Source of the DNA: an uncultured Spirochaetota bacterium | Lineage (GTDB): Bacteria > Spirochaetota > Spirochaetia > SZUA-6 > Fen-1364 | Length of the DNA stretch: 64,000 bases | Direction: 5' to 3' | Assembly: GCA_963734545.1 (NCBI GenBank) | Contig: CAVTHO010000008.1 | Coordinates: 416,001-480,000 of the forward strand | Part shown: positions 17,914-28,583 of the stretch, piece by piece | How positions within the stretch are numbered: the first letter of the stretch is position 1 | Layout: every line of letters begins with the position of its first letter | Translations under genes and position numbers: made by a program | Notes under the pieces: generated by a model | Seen by the model: the letters and a program-made list of their open reading frames with translations, nothing else | What the model was told of the DNA's origin: nothing | Databases searched by the model: none

Positions 17914-19237
17914 ATGAAACCGAAAGGTCCCCTGGCGCCTCCGGTCCTCGCGGACAACTCGCTCCTTTCCCGGAACCCGGGCATGCGGGCGCACGCGAAC
18001 TACCTCTTTGTCCTGCTTTTTCTCCTGTACATGTTCGACTACATCGACAGGACGATCGTGACATCCCTCTTTCCCCTTCCTGAAGAACGATCTCGGCTTG
18101 AACGACACGCAGAGCGGGTCCCTCGTTTCGGCCGTCTACTGGGCCATCGTGTTTTTCACCTTTCCCGTTTCCATCCTCGTCGACCGGTGGAGCAGGAAGC
18201 GAAGCATCGGGCTCATGGTCACCCTGTGGAGCATCGCCACCGGCGTGGCCGCGTTCGTGAAGACTTTTCCCCAGCTCTTCATTGCCCGCGCGGCGGTGGG
18301 CGTCGGCGAAGCGGGGTACGCTCCCGGAGGCACGTCGCTGATATCCGCCATCTACCCCCAGGGGAAACGCTCGCGCATGCTGGGGCTCTGGAATGCCTCC
18401 ATCCCGCTGGGCATTGCGCTGGGGACCGCCCTGGGCGGCATCATCGCGACACGCTGGGGATGGAAGCACGCGTTCGGGCTCGTGGCGATACCCGGCCTCC
18501 TCATCGGCGTGCTTTTCTTCTTCTCCGCCCGGGACTACAAGACGGTGGAGCTGGTCAAGTCAATCAACGAGGGTACGGGAAAAAAGAAGATGCGCGCCAG
18601 GGACATCCTGCGTGAGTTCTCCCGCACGCCTTCACTCCTCCTGACCTATCTCGGGTTTGCCGGCAACACGTTCGTGAGCACGGCGCTCATTACGTGGCTC
18701 CCCTCTTTTTTCAACCGCACGCAGGGCATCCCGATGAACCAGGCGGGGCTGAAGACCTCCCTGGTACTGGGCCTCGCCATCGTCGGCGCACCGTTGGGCG
18801 GCATTCTGGCGGACGCGTGGATGAAACGCAGGGTGAACGCGCGGCTTCTCTTCGGGGGAATCACCTCGCTGGTGTCTGCCGCGCTGCTGTTCGTCTCATT
18901 CGCGCTCCTCCGCGGCTCCGCGCAATACGTTTTCCTGCTTGCCGGCGGGCTCACTGCCGTGGCCTACGTCTCGGCAGCCTCCGCCGTGACACAGGATGTC
19001 GTGCATCCCGGCTTGTGGGCAATCTCGTACAGCATCTGCGTGATCGTGCAGAATACATTGAGCTCCCTGGCGCCGGTGTACGTCGGCGCCCTTTCGGACC
19101 GTTTCGGTCTTGCCCCCGCAATGCTCTCGGTCCCCGCTTTCTCCGCGGTGGGAGGAATCCTGTTCCTGCTCGGAGCGGTCTTCTACAGGCGGGACCTTGC
19201 CAAGGTGGAAAAGGTGCCCGTGGAAGTGGAAGAATAG
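17914..19237 (+). CDS. MFS transporter (Spinster/ACS-like), frameshift near 18075
   Basis: FDYIDR, VDRWSRK motif A, RAAVGVGEAGY, about 12 hydrophobic segments. Confidence 0.88.
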
Positions 19238-19254
19238 CCGTTCGGCGCAACGGT

Positions 19255-19671
19255 CTATTCCTCGCGGGCAGGGCCCCGCAGCCGCTTGTGCGCGGAGCGA
19301 AGCTTCTTGGCCCGAAGCCGCGCCTCGCGGGCCGCGCGGGAAGGACGCGTCTTCACCCTGCTCTTCGGCTTCACCATTGCCGCTGCAATGAGCTCCGCCA
19401 TGCGTGTCACGGCGATTTCGCGGTTCCGTGCCTGCTCCCGGGTATCCTGCACGGCAACCACGATGTCCCCTTCCGCGGTGACCCGATTGGCAAGACGCGT
19501 CTCGACGCGGCGGCGGTCGCTTTCGGGAAGGAAGCCAAGGTCGGCGAGCGCGAGCCGCGCAACGGCCTTGCTCGCCACCTTGTTCACGTTCTGCCCGCCC
19601 GGTCCGCCTGACCGGGCGAACGTGAACCTGATGAGCTGCCCGACCGAATCCGCGAGCTCGGATCTCTTCAT
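19255..19671 (-). CDS. arfB: Alternative ribosome rescue factor B (peptidyl-tRNA hydrolase)
   Basis: FARSGGPGGQNVNKV, R.Q..NR, and basic tail TRPSRAAREARL..KK.RS..KRLR. Confidence 0.93.
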   Translation of the reverse strand: MKRSELADSVGQLIRFTFARSGGPGGQNVNKVASKAVARLALADLGFLPESDRRRVETRLANRVTAEGDIVVAVQDTREQARNREIAVTRMAELIAAAMVKPKSRVKTRPSRAAREARLRAKKLRSAHKRLRGPAREE

Positions 19672-21029
19672 GGCGTCGGCGCCGACACGGGCATGCGGAT
19701 GGTGAAGGTCGCGCCCCTGCCCACCTCGGAGGACACCCCGATGCTCCAGCCGTGGCCTTCGATGATCGACTTGACGGTTGTCAGGCCCAGCCCGAATCCC
19801 GACTCCCGGCGGGAATTCGTTCCCCGGTAGAAGGGATCGAAGATGTGCGAAAGATCATCCGGCGGGATGCCGATGCCGGTGTCCGAGATGGAGAGCGCGA
19901 TCTCCGCGCCCGTCCTCCGCGCATCGAGGGTGATCTTTCCCTGCTGACCCGTGTAGCGGATCGCGTTCCCCACCAGGTTTTCCAGCGCCCGGGTGAAAAG
20001 ACCGGCGTCCATACGCACCGTGAGGTCGTCCGCAAGGTCGATGGACCAGGAGAATTCGCGCTTGAGGATGAGCGCGTCCTCCGCGAACCTCCGCGCGATT
20101 TCAGTGAGGAACTGACGGACCGCCACCTCCCGATGCGTCAGGCGCCATTCGCCGGTCTCCATCCGGACGAACCCGATCAGGTCGCCGATCATGCCCTCGA
20201 GACTCCGCGACTTGTCGAGGATGATGGAGAGGTACCTCTTCTGCGTCTCGGGCTCGGCGGCGTAACCGTCCGCGATGGCTTCCACGTAGCCCTGGATGAG
20301 AGTCAGGGGGGTCTTCAGGTCGTGCGACACTCCCATGATGAAGCGGGCGCGCCGGGCATACTCCTCCTTGAGGGCGCGGCGCATGCTGTCGAACGAACGG
20401 GTGAGGGATGCGATGCGGTCGTTTCCGCGCGCCGGAAGCTCGAAATCGAGGTTCCCGTCCGCAATGCGCCGCGTGGCCCCCTCGAGCGTGAGGATGGAGC
20501 GGTTCAGCGAGCGAAGGATGAGAAAGCTCATCAGGGAAGAGAAGATGAGGAGCGCGATGGTAGGGTAGGTCACCAGCTCGAAGGCCAGGGTCCTGAATCG
20601 CGCCACTTCCGGCCGGATCTTGGGGAGCTTGAGGATCAGCAGCGAATCGTCGCTGCCGGGAGCGTGCGACGTCTCGACCTGGAAATGGAACTGGTCGATG
20701 TTCGCCCGGATGTACCGCATGAGCTGCGCGCTCGTGGCGGGCGTGCCCGGCGGGAGCTCGGGGATCGTCGAGGAGGAGATCACGTCATCCTTGTCGAGGA
20801 TCACGAGGTCGAGGCCCGGCGGCCTCCCCTCCGCCAGCGCGCCGAGCTCGTGACGCTTGATGGCCCGCGGCACTTTCCTGCCGATCCAGGACATGATCTG
20901 CGGGTAGTTGGGCAGCGGATCGCGGTTCCGGGCAGCATAGAACTGCTCGAAGAGCATGAAGGTGCTCACCAGGAACGGCACGGCGATGATGCCGCCGACC
21001 AGGATCAGAAACTGCGTGCGCAGCTTCAT
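19668..21029 (-). CDS. HAMP-domain sensor histidine kinase
   Basis: Two TM segments, HAMP, SHDLKTPLT H-box, NLVGNAIRY, DTGIGI, GFGLGL. Confidence 0.92.
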   Translation of the reverse strand: MKLRTQFLILVGGIIAVPFLVSTFMLFEQFYAARNRDPLPNYPQIMSWIGRKVPRAIKRHELGALAEGRPPGLDLVILDKDDVISSSTIPELPPGTPATSAQLMRYIRANIDQFHFQVETSHAPGSDDSLLILKLPKIRPEVARFRTLAFELVTYPTIALLIFSSLMSFLILRSLNRSILTLEGATRRIADGNLDFELPARGNDRIASLTRSFDSMRRALKEEYARRARFIMGVSHDLKTPLTLIQGYVEAIADGYAAEPETQKRYLSIILDKSRSLEGMIGDLIGFVRMETGEWRLTHREVAVRQFLTEIARRFAEDALILKREFSWSIDLADDLTVRMDAGLFTRALENLVGNAIRYTGQQGKITLDARRTGAEIALSISDTGIGIPPDDLSHIFDPFYRGTNSRRESGFGLGLTTVKSIIEGHGWSIGVSSEVGRGATFTIRMPVSAPTP

Positions 21030-21718
21030 GCGTGCACCGCCTCCGCGCTGAAGCGGTAGCCCATGCCGTGCACGGTCTCGATGAACTCGGGAGAGGCCGG
21101 ATCCTTCTCTATCTTTTTCCGCAGCCTCTGGATGTAGACCGCGACGGCCGTGATGTCGCCGTACTGGTTCCGCCAGACCTCGGAGTAGATCGTGTCCGGC
21201 GTCATGGCCTTGCCCGGGTGCGTGGCAAGGCACGCGAGGACCTCGAACTCTTTCGAGGACAGCGGCACCTTCTCCCCTCCCTTCTTCAGCAGGTAGCCGT
21301 CAATGTCCAGCAGGAAGTCCCCGAACTTCACGCTGTTGGGAGCGGCCTTGAGGTCGGTGGACCGGCGCAGCATGGCGCGCACCCGGGCCGCCAGGACCTT
21401 TGGGGAGAACGGCTTTGTGACGAACTCGTCCGCGCCGATGCCCAGGCCGAGAATCATGTCCTCGTCCGCGTCACGGGCGGACACGATCATGACCGGCACC
21501 GCGCTGTTCCTCCGCAGGCGCTGCAGGAACTCGAACCCGTCGATCCCCGGCAGGTTGATGTCGAGGACGACCAGGTCGTACCGCTCCCGCGCGAACTGTG
21601 CCAGGCCCTCCTCCCCCGTTTCGCAGATGTGGGCATCCATGCCCTCTTTCTGCAGGTAGAGGCGGATCAGGTCCGCCATCTCCTTCACGTCCTCAATGAT
21701 GAGTATCTTCGCCTGCAC
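21026..21718 (-). CDS. OmpR-family response regulator
   Basis: IIED, LDINLPGIDG, KPFSP, and winged-helix IETVHGMGYRF. Confidence 0.95.
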   Translation of the reverse strand: MQAKILIIEDVKEMADLIRLYLQKEGMDAHICETGEEGLAQFARERYDLVVLDINLPGIDGFEFLQRLRRNSAVPVMIVSARDADEDMILGLGIGADEFVTKPFSPKVLAARVRAMLRRSTDLKAAPNSVKFGDFLLDIDGYLLKKGGEKVPLSSKEFEVLACLATHPGKAMTPDTIYSEVWRNQYGDITAVAVYIQRLRKKIEKDPASPEFIETVHGMGYRFSAEAVHA

Positions 21719-21753
21719 GCATCTTCCCCCTGGCGCCGCCTCAGCTGCAGGAA

Positions 21754-22350
21754 TCAGCCGCCCAGCTGCTGCCGACTCTGCAGAACCTTGATAAAAGCGT
21801 CAAGCTGCCGCTGCCGTCTCTGCAGGGGCGTCATTCCGCTGTTCTGCCCGCCCCCCTGGACTTGCCGCGCCTGTCCGCCCCCCTCGCCCCCGCTGCCGGC
21901 CCCGTTCGCCGCGGCCTGCTGCCGATAGCGCTGGATGAGCTCCTGCATTGCCTTGCGGAACTGCTCGTATTCCGCCTTCTGAGCCACGGTCAGGATTCCG
22001 TCCACGCCTGCCTGCACCTGGGCCGCCTTCGAGGGCGTCGGCAGGGGATTCTCCCGCAGCGCGGTGAGAATCGGCAGGAGCTTCCCGATCTGGTCTTTTG
22101 TGAGAAAGAGCGCGGGATCCCGGGTGAATGCGAGCTGGGGGCGCTGCCCTCCGGCGGCCCCGCCGCGCCCGCCGTACATGTCTTTTGTCGCCTCGGGCGG
22201 AAGATACAGGGAGAGCCTGCCGATGAGTGCCGCCACGTTGAATCCCTGGACGACATTCGCCGCACCCGGTGAGGACGACTGTGCCCCGGCGACGATGCCG
22301 CCGGCCAGAAGACCCGCGAGAGCGATAAGAACTATCCTTTGTTTCCTCAT
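21754..22350 (-). CDS. Secreted helical protein with two LTxxQ motifs (Spy/CpxP-like)
   Basis: Signal peptide ...VAGA-Q; LTKDQ and LTVAQ motifs; Gly/Gln-rich linkers. Confidence 0.6.
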   Translation of the reverse strand: MRKQRIVLIALAGLLAGGIVAGAQSSSPGAANVVQGFNVAALIGRLSLYLPPEATKDMYGGRGGAAGGQRPQLAFTRDPALFLTKDQIGKLLPILTALRENPLPTPSKAAQVQAGVDGILTVAQKAEYEQFRKAMQELIQRYRQQAAANGAGSGGEGGGQARQVQGGGQNSGMTPLQRRQRQLDAFIKVLQSRQQLGG

Positions 22351-22366
22351 ATACCTGCCCCTTCTC

Positions 22367-24362
22367 CTACTCGAAATGCAATGCCTGGATGGGATCCATG
22401 CGTGACGCCTTGCGCGCGGGATAGATCCCGAAAAACAGCCCGACGGCGATCGAGAAGCCGATGGCCAGGCCCACGGTTCCCACGGTGAGAGACACCGTCA
22501 TGTTGCCGAACCTGCTTATGAGATTTGCCGCAAGTGCGCCCATGGCCCAGCCGAGGAGCCCTCCCAGCCCCGAGAGAATAACCGCCTCGATGAGGAATTG
22601 CGCCATGATGTCCCGCCGGCGCGCACCAAGGGCCTTGCGGATGCCGATTTCCCGGGTCCTCTCGGTGACGGACACGAGCATGATGTTCATGATCCCGATT
22701 CCGCCGACCAGGAGACTGATGCCGGCGATGCTGCCGAGCATCAACGTCATGATGTCGGAGACTCCCTGCACCGTCTGCAGCACATCCTGCTGGCTGACCA
22801 CGGAGAAATCGTCCGCCGCCCCGTCCTGGATCTTGTGCCTTTCCCGCAGGAGAGCAGCGATGTCCTCCTTGACCGCGGCAATCTGATCCTTGTCCACGAC
22901 GCTGACGCCGATGCTCCGCACATCCTTCTGATGGCGGAACCGCGCGTACACGGTGGTGAGCGGGACGATGATCGTGTCGTCCTGGCTGAAGAACCCGCCG
23001 CCGGCGCCCTTTTTCTGGAGGACACCGATGACGCGGAAGCTCACGTTGTTGATCTTCACCGACCTTGCCCACCGGGTCCTCGTCTGAAAAAAGGTTGGTC
23101 ACGATGTCCTGGCCGAGCACGGCGACGGTGCGGCTTGCGCGATAGTCCTCCTGCGTGAAGAAAGCCCCGTCGTCGAGCGGCCAGTTGCGCACGTCGACAT
23201 AGTCCGTGCTCGTTCCCACGATCGAGGTGTTCCAGTTGCTCTTCTTGTACGTCACCTGCTGCCGCGTCGAGGCCTCGGGCTCCACGCCCGCCAGGCCCTG
23301 GACGCCCGCCCGTATCGCGTTCGCGTCATCCACAGTGAGTGTGGACACGGACCCGAAGCCCTGGCGCACCCCGCCGACATTCGCGCTCCCGGGGGTGACG
23401 GTGAGGAAGTTGCTGCCAAGCCCCTGTATCTGTTTCTGCACTCCGGCCGTGGCCCCCTGGCCGACCGAGACCATCGCGATCACGGCGCCGACCCCGATGA
23501 GTATTCCGAGTATCGTCAGGACGGCCCGCATCTTGTTCTGCAAGAGCGATCGGGCAGCCGACCGGACATTTTCCCACAGCTCGGCCGGCGTGAGAAATGC
23601 GTGGCGCTGTCGCGTGCTGCGGGTCACGGCGGCGCTGAGCTTCTGCACGTCGATCCCGCCGCCGTTCATGCCTTTGGGTTTCCGAACAGCCTCGTCGCTC
23701 ACGATGACCCCGTCCTTGAACTTCACGACCCGCCTGGCGTAGGCGGCCACGCTCTCTTCGTGGGTCACCATGAGGATGGTAATTCCCGCCTTGTTCAGGC
23801 TGAGGAATATATCCATGATCTCGTCGCTCATCCTGCTGTCGAGGTTTCCCGTCGGCTCGTCGGCAAGGATGATGGCAGGTGCGTTGACGAGCGCGCGGGC
23901 AATGGCCACACGCTGCTGCTCACCGCCGGAAAGCTCATTGGGGGTGTGGCTGCCGCGCAGCGGGAGCCCGACGGCCTCGAGCAGGGCCTGGGCCGGCTTT
24001 TCCCGTCTCCGCTCTCCCGTGTAGATGAGAGGGAGCTCGATGTTGCGCTCCGCGCTCGTACGGGAAAGAAGGTTGAAGCCCTGGAAAACGAATCCGATGG
24101 ACCTGCTGCGCACGCCGGCGAGCTCGTCGTCCGACATGGTGGACACATCGGTGCCGTCCAGCAGGTACGTGCCGGACGTGGGATGATCGAGGCAGCCCAG
24201 CAGGTTGAGGAAGGTGGATTTGCCCGAGCCCGACGGTCCCATGACCGCGACGAACTCGCCCTGCTCCAGCTTGAACGACACGCCCTTCAGCGCGTGGACC
24301 TCCACGGTGCCGGTGTCATATGTCTTGGTGAGGCCTTCTGTCACGATGAGGGGGCGTCCCAT
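22367..24362 (-). CDS. macB: MacB-like ABC transporter (ATPase fused to FtsX-type permease), frameshift near 23062
   Basis: GPSGSGKST, LSGGEQQRVAIARAL, ADEPTGNLD; GGIGIMNIMLVSVTERTREIGIRKALGA in ORF 22367..23059. Confidence 0.9.
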
Positions 24363-24376
24363 TCTTCTCTCTCCCG

Positions 24377-25681
24377 CTATCGAAGCACCCGGAAGACCTG
24401 CCCCATGCTGCCGGGGCCGCCCTGCTGCGTCTGCCTCGCGCCCGCGGAAGTCGTTCTCCGCTGCACGACGACCTCCTGGCCTTCATCCAGGCCCGCGACG
24501 ATCTGGGTCTTTGATCCGTCGGTGGCGCCGCTCTGCACGTCCCAGGCCACGAGCTGCCCGCCGTCCATGATCGTCACCTGCGGGGAGCCATTGTTCGACT
24601 TGATGGCGGACGAGGGGAGAGTGAGAACGTTCTTCAATGCGAGCACCGAGATCTCCGCGTCCGCGTTCATTCCCCACAGGATCCTGCCGTCGCGGTTGGG
24701 CACCTCGATGGTCGCGCTGAACACGGACACATTGTTCACCACCTGCGCGTGCCGGTCGATCTGCGTGACCTTGCCGGCAAACTGCAGGTCCGGAAAGCTG
24801 GAAACGGCTACCGAGGCCTTCTGGCCGACCTTGACCTGCGCCATGTCGTTCTCATTGACCTGCGCCTGCAGCCACATGGGGTCGGGATCCACCACGGTGG
24901 CGATGGCCGTGCTCGGGCTCACGAGGTCCCCGACATTGACCAGTACCTCGGCCACCATGCCGGCCATCGGGGACCGGATGACCGTCGAATCGAGGATGAG
25001 CTTCGCCATCTGCATGGCGTAGTCAGCCTGGGCCACGACGGCTTCCTGGGCGCTGATCACGTCTTCCTGCGACTGCCCCTTCGTGTTCTCGAAGGAGAGC
25101 CGGGAGGCGTCGTAGCTGGCCTTTGCGGAGGCGAGCTGGCGCTCAGCGTCCGCGAGCTGGTTGCGGGAGGCGAGCCCCTTGTCGGAGAGCGCTTTCACGC
25201 TGTCGTAGTTTTCCTGCTGGGTGGAAACAGCGGCCTCCGCCTGGGTCAGGGCCGCCTGCGCCGCCGCAAGATCCATGCCCGCCGGTTTCGCTTTCAGGTT
25301 GTCCAGCTTCACCCGCGCCGACTGGAGGTTGGCCATGTCACTCTTCAGCGTCAGATCGAGCCCCGTGGCTTCGATTTCCGCCAGTGGCTGCCCGGCCCTC
25401 ACGCGCTGGCCCTCGACAACGCTGATCTTCACGATCTTGCGCGTGGGCATATTCGAGTCAGGGCGGATGGTCACCATCGTGTTCGGCTGAAACTGCCCGG
25501 AGGCGGCAACGGACGCGTTGAGGTCACCGCGGGTCACTTTCACCACGTTGACGCTCACCGGGTCTTTCGATTCCGCCGGGTCGGCCGAGGGGAAAATCCT
25601 CCCGCGAAAAAGAAAAAGCCCTGCCCCCACCGCCACAACGGCCACTGCAATGATGATCCCTGCTTTCAATTGTCCCTTCAC
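24377..25681 (-). CDS. MacA-like periplasmic adaptor
   Basis: N-terminal TM, V.EGQRVRAGQ, coiled coil, IRSPMAG.V, VNENDMAQVKVGQ. GTG start inferred. Confidence 0.88.
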   Translation of the reverse strand: MKGQLKAGIIIAVAVVAVGAGLFLFRGRIFPSADPAESKDPVSVNVVKVTRGDLNASVAASGQFQPNTMVTIRPDSNMPTRKIVKISVVEGQRVRAGQPLAEIEATGLDLTLKSDMANLQSARVKLDNLKAKPAGMDLAAAQAALTQAEAAVSTQQENYDSVKALSDKGLASRNQLADAERQLASAKASYDASRLSFENTKGQSQEDVISAQEAVVAQADYAMQMAKLILDSTVIRSPMAGMVAEVLVNVGDLVSPSTAIATVVDPDPMWLQAQVNENDMAQVKVGQKASVAVSSFPDLQFAGKVTQIDRHAQVVNNVSVFSATIEVPNRDGRILWGMNADAEISVLALKNVLTLPSSAIKSNNGSPQVTIMDGGQLVAWDVQSGATDGSKTQIVAGLDEGQEVVVQRRTTSAGARQTQQGGPGSMGQVFRVLR

Positions 25682-25709
25682 GTTCTCATCTCCCTGAATC
25701 CTTTGATCC

Positions 25710-27122
25710 CTATTCTCCCATTGTATTCTGCAGGGCAAGCACCCCGAGCTGGGCGTCGCTGCGGGCCTTGCCTTCGTTCACCCGGGCCGTGGTCAACGCC
25801 ACCGAGGCGGTGAGCACGTCGAGGTTCGAGTTGACGCCGGAGTCGTACTGGAGACTCGCCAGCTCGTACTGGCTCTGCGCGAGCTCGAGGCTTTCCTGGG
25901 CAAGCTGCGCCCTGCCGATCAGGTCATGCAGGCTGTAGAGAGCGTTCTTCACGTCCGTGGCGATGCTCGAGGCGAGCTGCTGCTGTTGAAGGGTGTACGA
26001 ATCCTTCTGCATGGCCGCCTGCCTGACCTGGGCGTCTATGGAGCCCGCGTCATAGATCGGGGCTGCCACGTTGACACCCGCGTTCCAGCTGAAGACATCC
26101 GTGCTCCGCGCCCAGTCATGCGTGTAGGTGAGGCCGCTGGTCGCTTTCACGACCGGGGTCGACTTGCCCTTGTTGAGGGCCAGGTCGATGTCCGTCGACG
26201 CCTGGTTCAGCACGATCTGCCGCATGTCCGACCGCTGGGCGAGCGCGCGAGAAACAGCAGTGGCAACGTCGAGATCGGGAACCGGGATGTCCCCGACCTC
26301 AGCCACCTGGTACACCCTGTCCAGAGGCCATCCCACCAGGGTGGACAACTTTTCGCGGTCGACTTCGCGCGTTCCCTGGGCGAGCCGGAGGTCCAGCTCC
26401 GCCTGCTTCTGGTTGACCTGGGCCTGCTTGATGTCGATCTGGCTCGCGCTGTGCGCATCGAAGAGTGCCTGGCTTTTCACGGTCTCCTGCTGTCTCTGGT
26501 TCAGCGTGTCCTGATAGATCTCGAGCTGGCGCTGCGCGGCGAGCAGCGTATAGTACGCCTGCTTCACCTGGTAGATGATGGTCTTTCGATTTGAATCTTC
26601 CGCTGACTGCGTTCCCTGGAGACTGACAGCGGCCTTCCGAGTCGCGGCCAGATTGCTTCCCCCCGGATAACCGTCCCAAAGGGTCGCGGCGGCGGAAACC
26701 GAAAGCGCCGTTGTCTGCGCGGGAGTTGCCTCTTCGGTGAGCGTATGACCTGCCGAGACATCGAGGCTCGTGGAAAGCGGCGCGGTGAGCGACATCCCCA
26801 GCTTCCCGGTGTCCTGTGCAAATGCCGACTGGCCCAGGCTCAACAGGCGGGTATCATAGGGCGCGCCCTGGTGGGTCGCGGAAGCGGTGCCTGTCAGGCC
26901 GAGTGAGTTCGCCGCTGCCGCCTGCGTGTACTGGGCCTGCGCCATTGCCACGGTTGCCCGGGAAATGAGGATGCCCGGGCCGCTCGTGAGCGCCTGATCA
27001 ACCATCTGGGGAAGGGTGACCACGAGGTCGGGAGCGGCAGCCTGTGCATGGGCAACGCAGGAAACGAATGCGAGAACAATGAGTGTCATTCGCAGTCCCG
27101 GTGCCCCCCGCTTGATTTGCAT
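25710..27122 (-). CDS. TolC-family outer membrane efflux protein
   Basis: Signal peptide (AHA-Q), VKQAYY.LL, APIYDAG, YDSGVNSNLDVL. This is the C-terminal half of ORF 25710..28541; start is 27122 or 27089. Confidence 0.85.
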   Translation of the reverse strand: MQIKRGAPGLRMTLIVLAFVSCVAHAQAAAPDLVVTLPQMVDQALTSGPGILISRATVAMAQAQYTQAAAANSLGLTGTASATHQGAPYDTRLLSLGQSAFAQDTGKLGMSLTAPLSTSLDVSAGHTLTEEATPAQTTALSVSAAATLWDGYPGGSNLAATRKAAVSLQGTQSAEDSNRKTIIYQVKQAYYTLLAAQRQLEIYQDTLNQRQQETVKSQALFDAHSASQIDIKQAQVNQKQAELDLRLAQGTREVDREKLSTLVGWPLDRVYQVAEVGDIPVPDLDVATAVSRALAQRSDMRQIVLNQASTDIDLALNKGKSTPVVKATSGLTYTHDWARSTDVFSWNAGVNVAAPIYDAGSIDAQVRQAAMQKDSYTLQQQQLASSIATDVKNALYSLHDLIGRAQLAQESLELAQSQYELASLQYDSGVNSNLDVLTASVALTTARVNEGKARSDAQLGVLALQNTMGE

Positions 27123-27190
27123 ACCCCAAGGGTACACACCGGGGGCTGCCGGGCGCCATAGATGCGGCGTGAACGCTGGATAAAAATCTG

Positions 27191-28520
27191 TTATCCGGTG
27201 GAAGGCCGCCGTTCCCAGGATTCCACGAGAGGGTGCCTCACGGCCGGGCCCGGGTCCGACGGGTCGAGCGTTCTGCCCACCTCCGCGTAGGCGGCAATCC
27301 GCCGCTCCAGCCGGAGGTGCGCCAGGGGATTGTCGGAGCGGAACAGGCCATAACGCTCTTCGCAGTCGGCGAGCCGCTCGTGGGCAATCAGGGCCCAGGT
27401 GGCGTCGATGAGGTGGGAGAACTCCGGCAGAAGAAGCTCGGGGCAGTTGAACGACTGCCGCGGGCTGTTGATGTCCACGCCGCTGATCTCCATGAAACCG
27501 TGCCGCGCGCAGAGCGCCCGCACGCGGCGCAGCTGCTCCAGCGTGTTGCGCGGCGGCATGTACGCGATGGCGCGGAAACCCAGCCTCCGGGCCTCCTCCA
27601 TCAGCTCGTCCAGATACCCGTCCTCGAAAAGCTCGGCCTTCTTGTCCCCGGTCGGGGAATCGGTGATATCGCCCAGGTACCCGTAGCAGGGAATGCCGCC
27701 CACTTCTTCCGCGAAGCGCACCGCGCGAAGGACCGGGATGCACTCTTCGCCGTCCGGCTGGATGAAGGCCTTTTCCATGAAGGAGCTTTTCAATACGCCG
27801 AGCAGGTCGAAGAGGAGCGATTCGTTGGCATGGATCGACCAGGTACGCGGCGATCCGCGGGGGAGGCACGATGCCGAGGGCGGTGCGAAGGAAGGCGGCA
27901 AGAGGCTCCCCGCGGCCGGTTTTTTCCACGATCTTCCGCGCAACGGCAAGGAGGATATGCCGCTCGGTGATGGTCCCTCCCTCCTCGACGCACGAAGCGG
28001 CGCGCACGTCCTTCTGCCAGTCCAGCGAAGAGAGGCCATAGCCCGGCAGGAGGGAGTTCAGCCGCTCCACCATGCGCCGCTCCCTCAGCTCCCGCGAGGC
28101 CTGGATGGGCCGCAGGAACGCGCGCAGGGCGGGCACGCTGCGTGCCGGCACCCCGTGCATCATCATGTACAGAACGCCTGCCGAATCGGGGTTGTTGATC
28201 TTCCTCCCCTCGAGCCGGGTGCCGGCAGCGCTGACGCGCAGCTCCACGCCGGCGGTAGTGGCTACCTTGAGGATCCTGCCCGCCTCGCGCATCTCTGCGG
28301 CCCCCGCGATCGAGTCATGGTCCATGATGCCCACGGCAGCGAGCCCCGCGGCCCTGGCGCGCGCCGCGGCCGCCGCCGGTGAGTAGGGACTGAAGGAGTA
28401 GATCGTGTGCACGTGGCAGTTGACTTCGGGGCCCGGATCCGCGGCAATCCCGCGCGCGGCGAGCTCTCGCAGGGCGGCAAGACGCTCCGGCGCGGTCGGG
28501 GCATTCAAGGGGTCGGACAT
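27191..28520 (-). CDS. PHP-domain metallophosphoesterase, frameshift near 27833
   Basis: NCHVHTIYSFS, MDHDS, GVE, HG in the first frame; YLGD, YMPPRN and SGVDINSPRQ in ORF 27191..28039. Confidence 0.82.
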
Positions 28521-28583
28521 GTCGGTCACTCCTGGTGACATTTAGTCGGTCACTCCTGGTGACATTTAGTCGGTCACTCCTGG
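28521..28583 (-). repeat. Tandem 24-bp repeat (2.6 copies) carrying the hairpin GTCAC-CAGGA-GTGAC and an SD
   Basis: Plus strand GTCGGTCACTCCTGGTGACATTTA at 28521-28544 and 28545-28568, partial copy at 28569-28583. Confidence 0.93.

Noticed and set aside
25710-28541. Apparent 943-aa PHP-TolC fusion in the ORF track
   Set aside because: The PHP C-terminus continues in another frame (27191..28039). The linker is off-frame read-through after a frameshift near 27833, and TolC has its own signal peptide.
28521-28583. 24-bp repeats as a mini CRISPR array
   Set aside because: The units are head-to-tail with no unique spacers, and there are no cas genes in the window.
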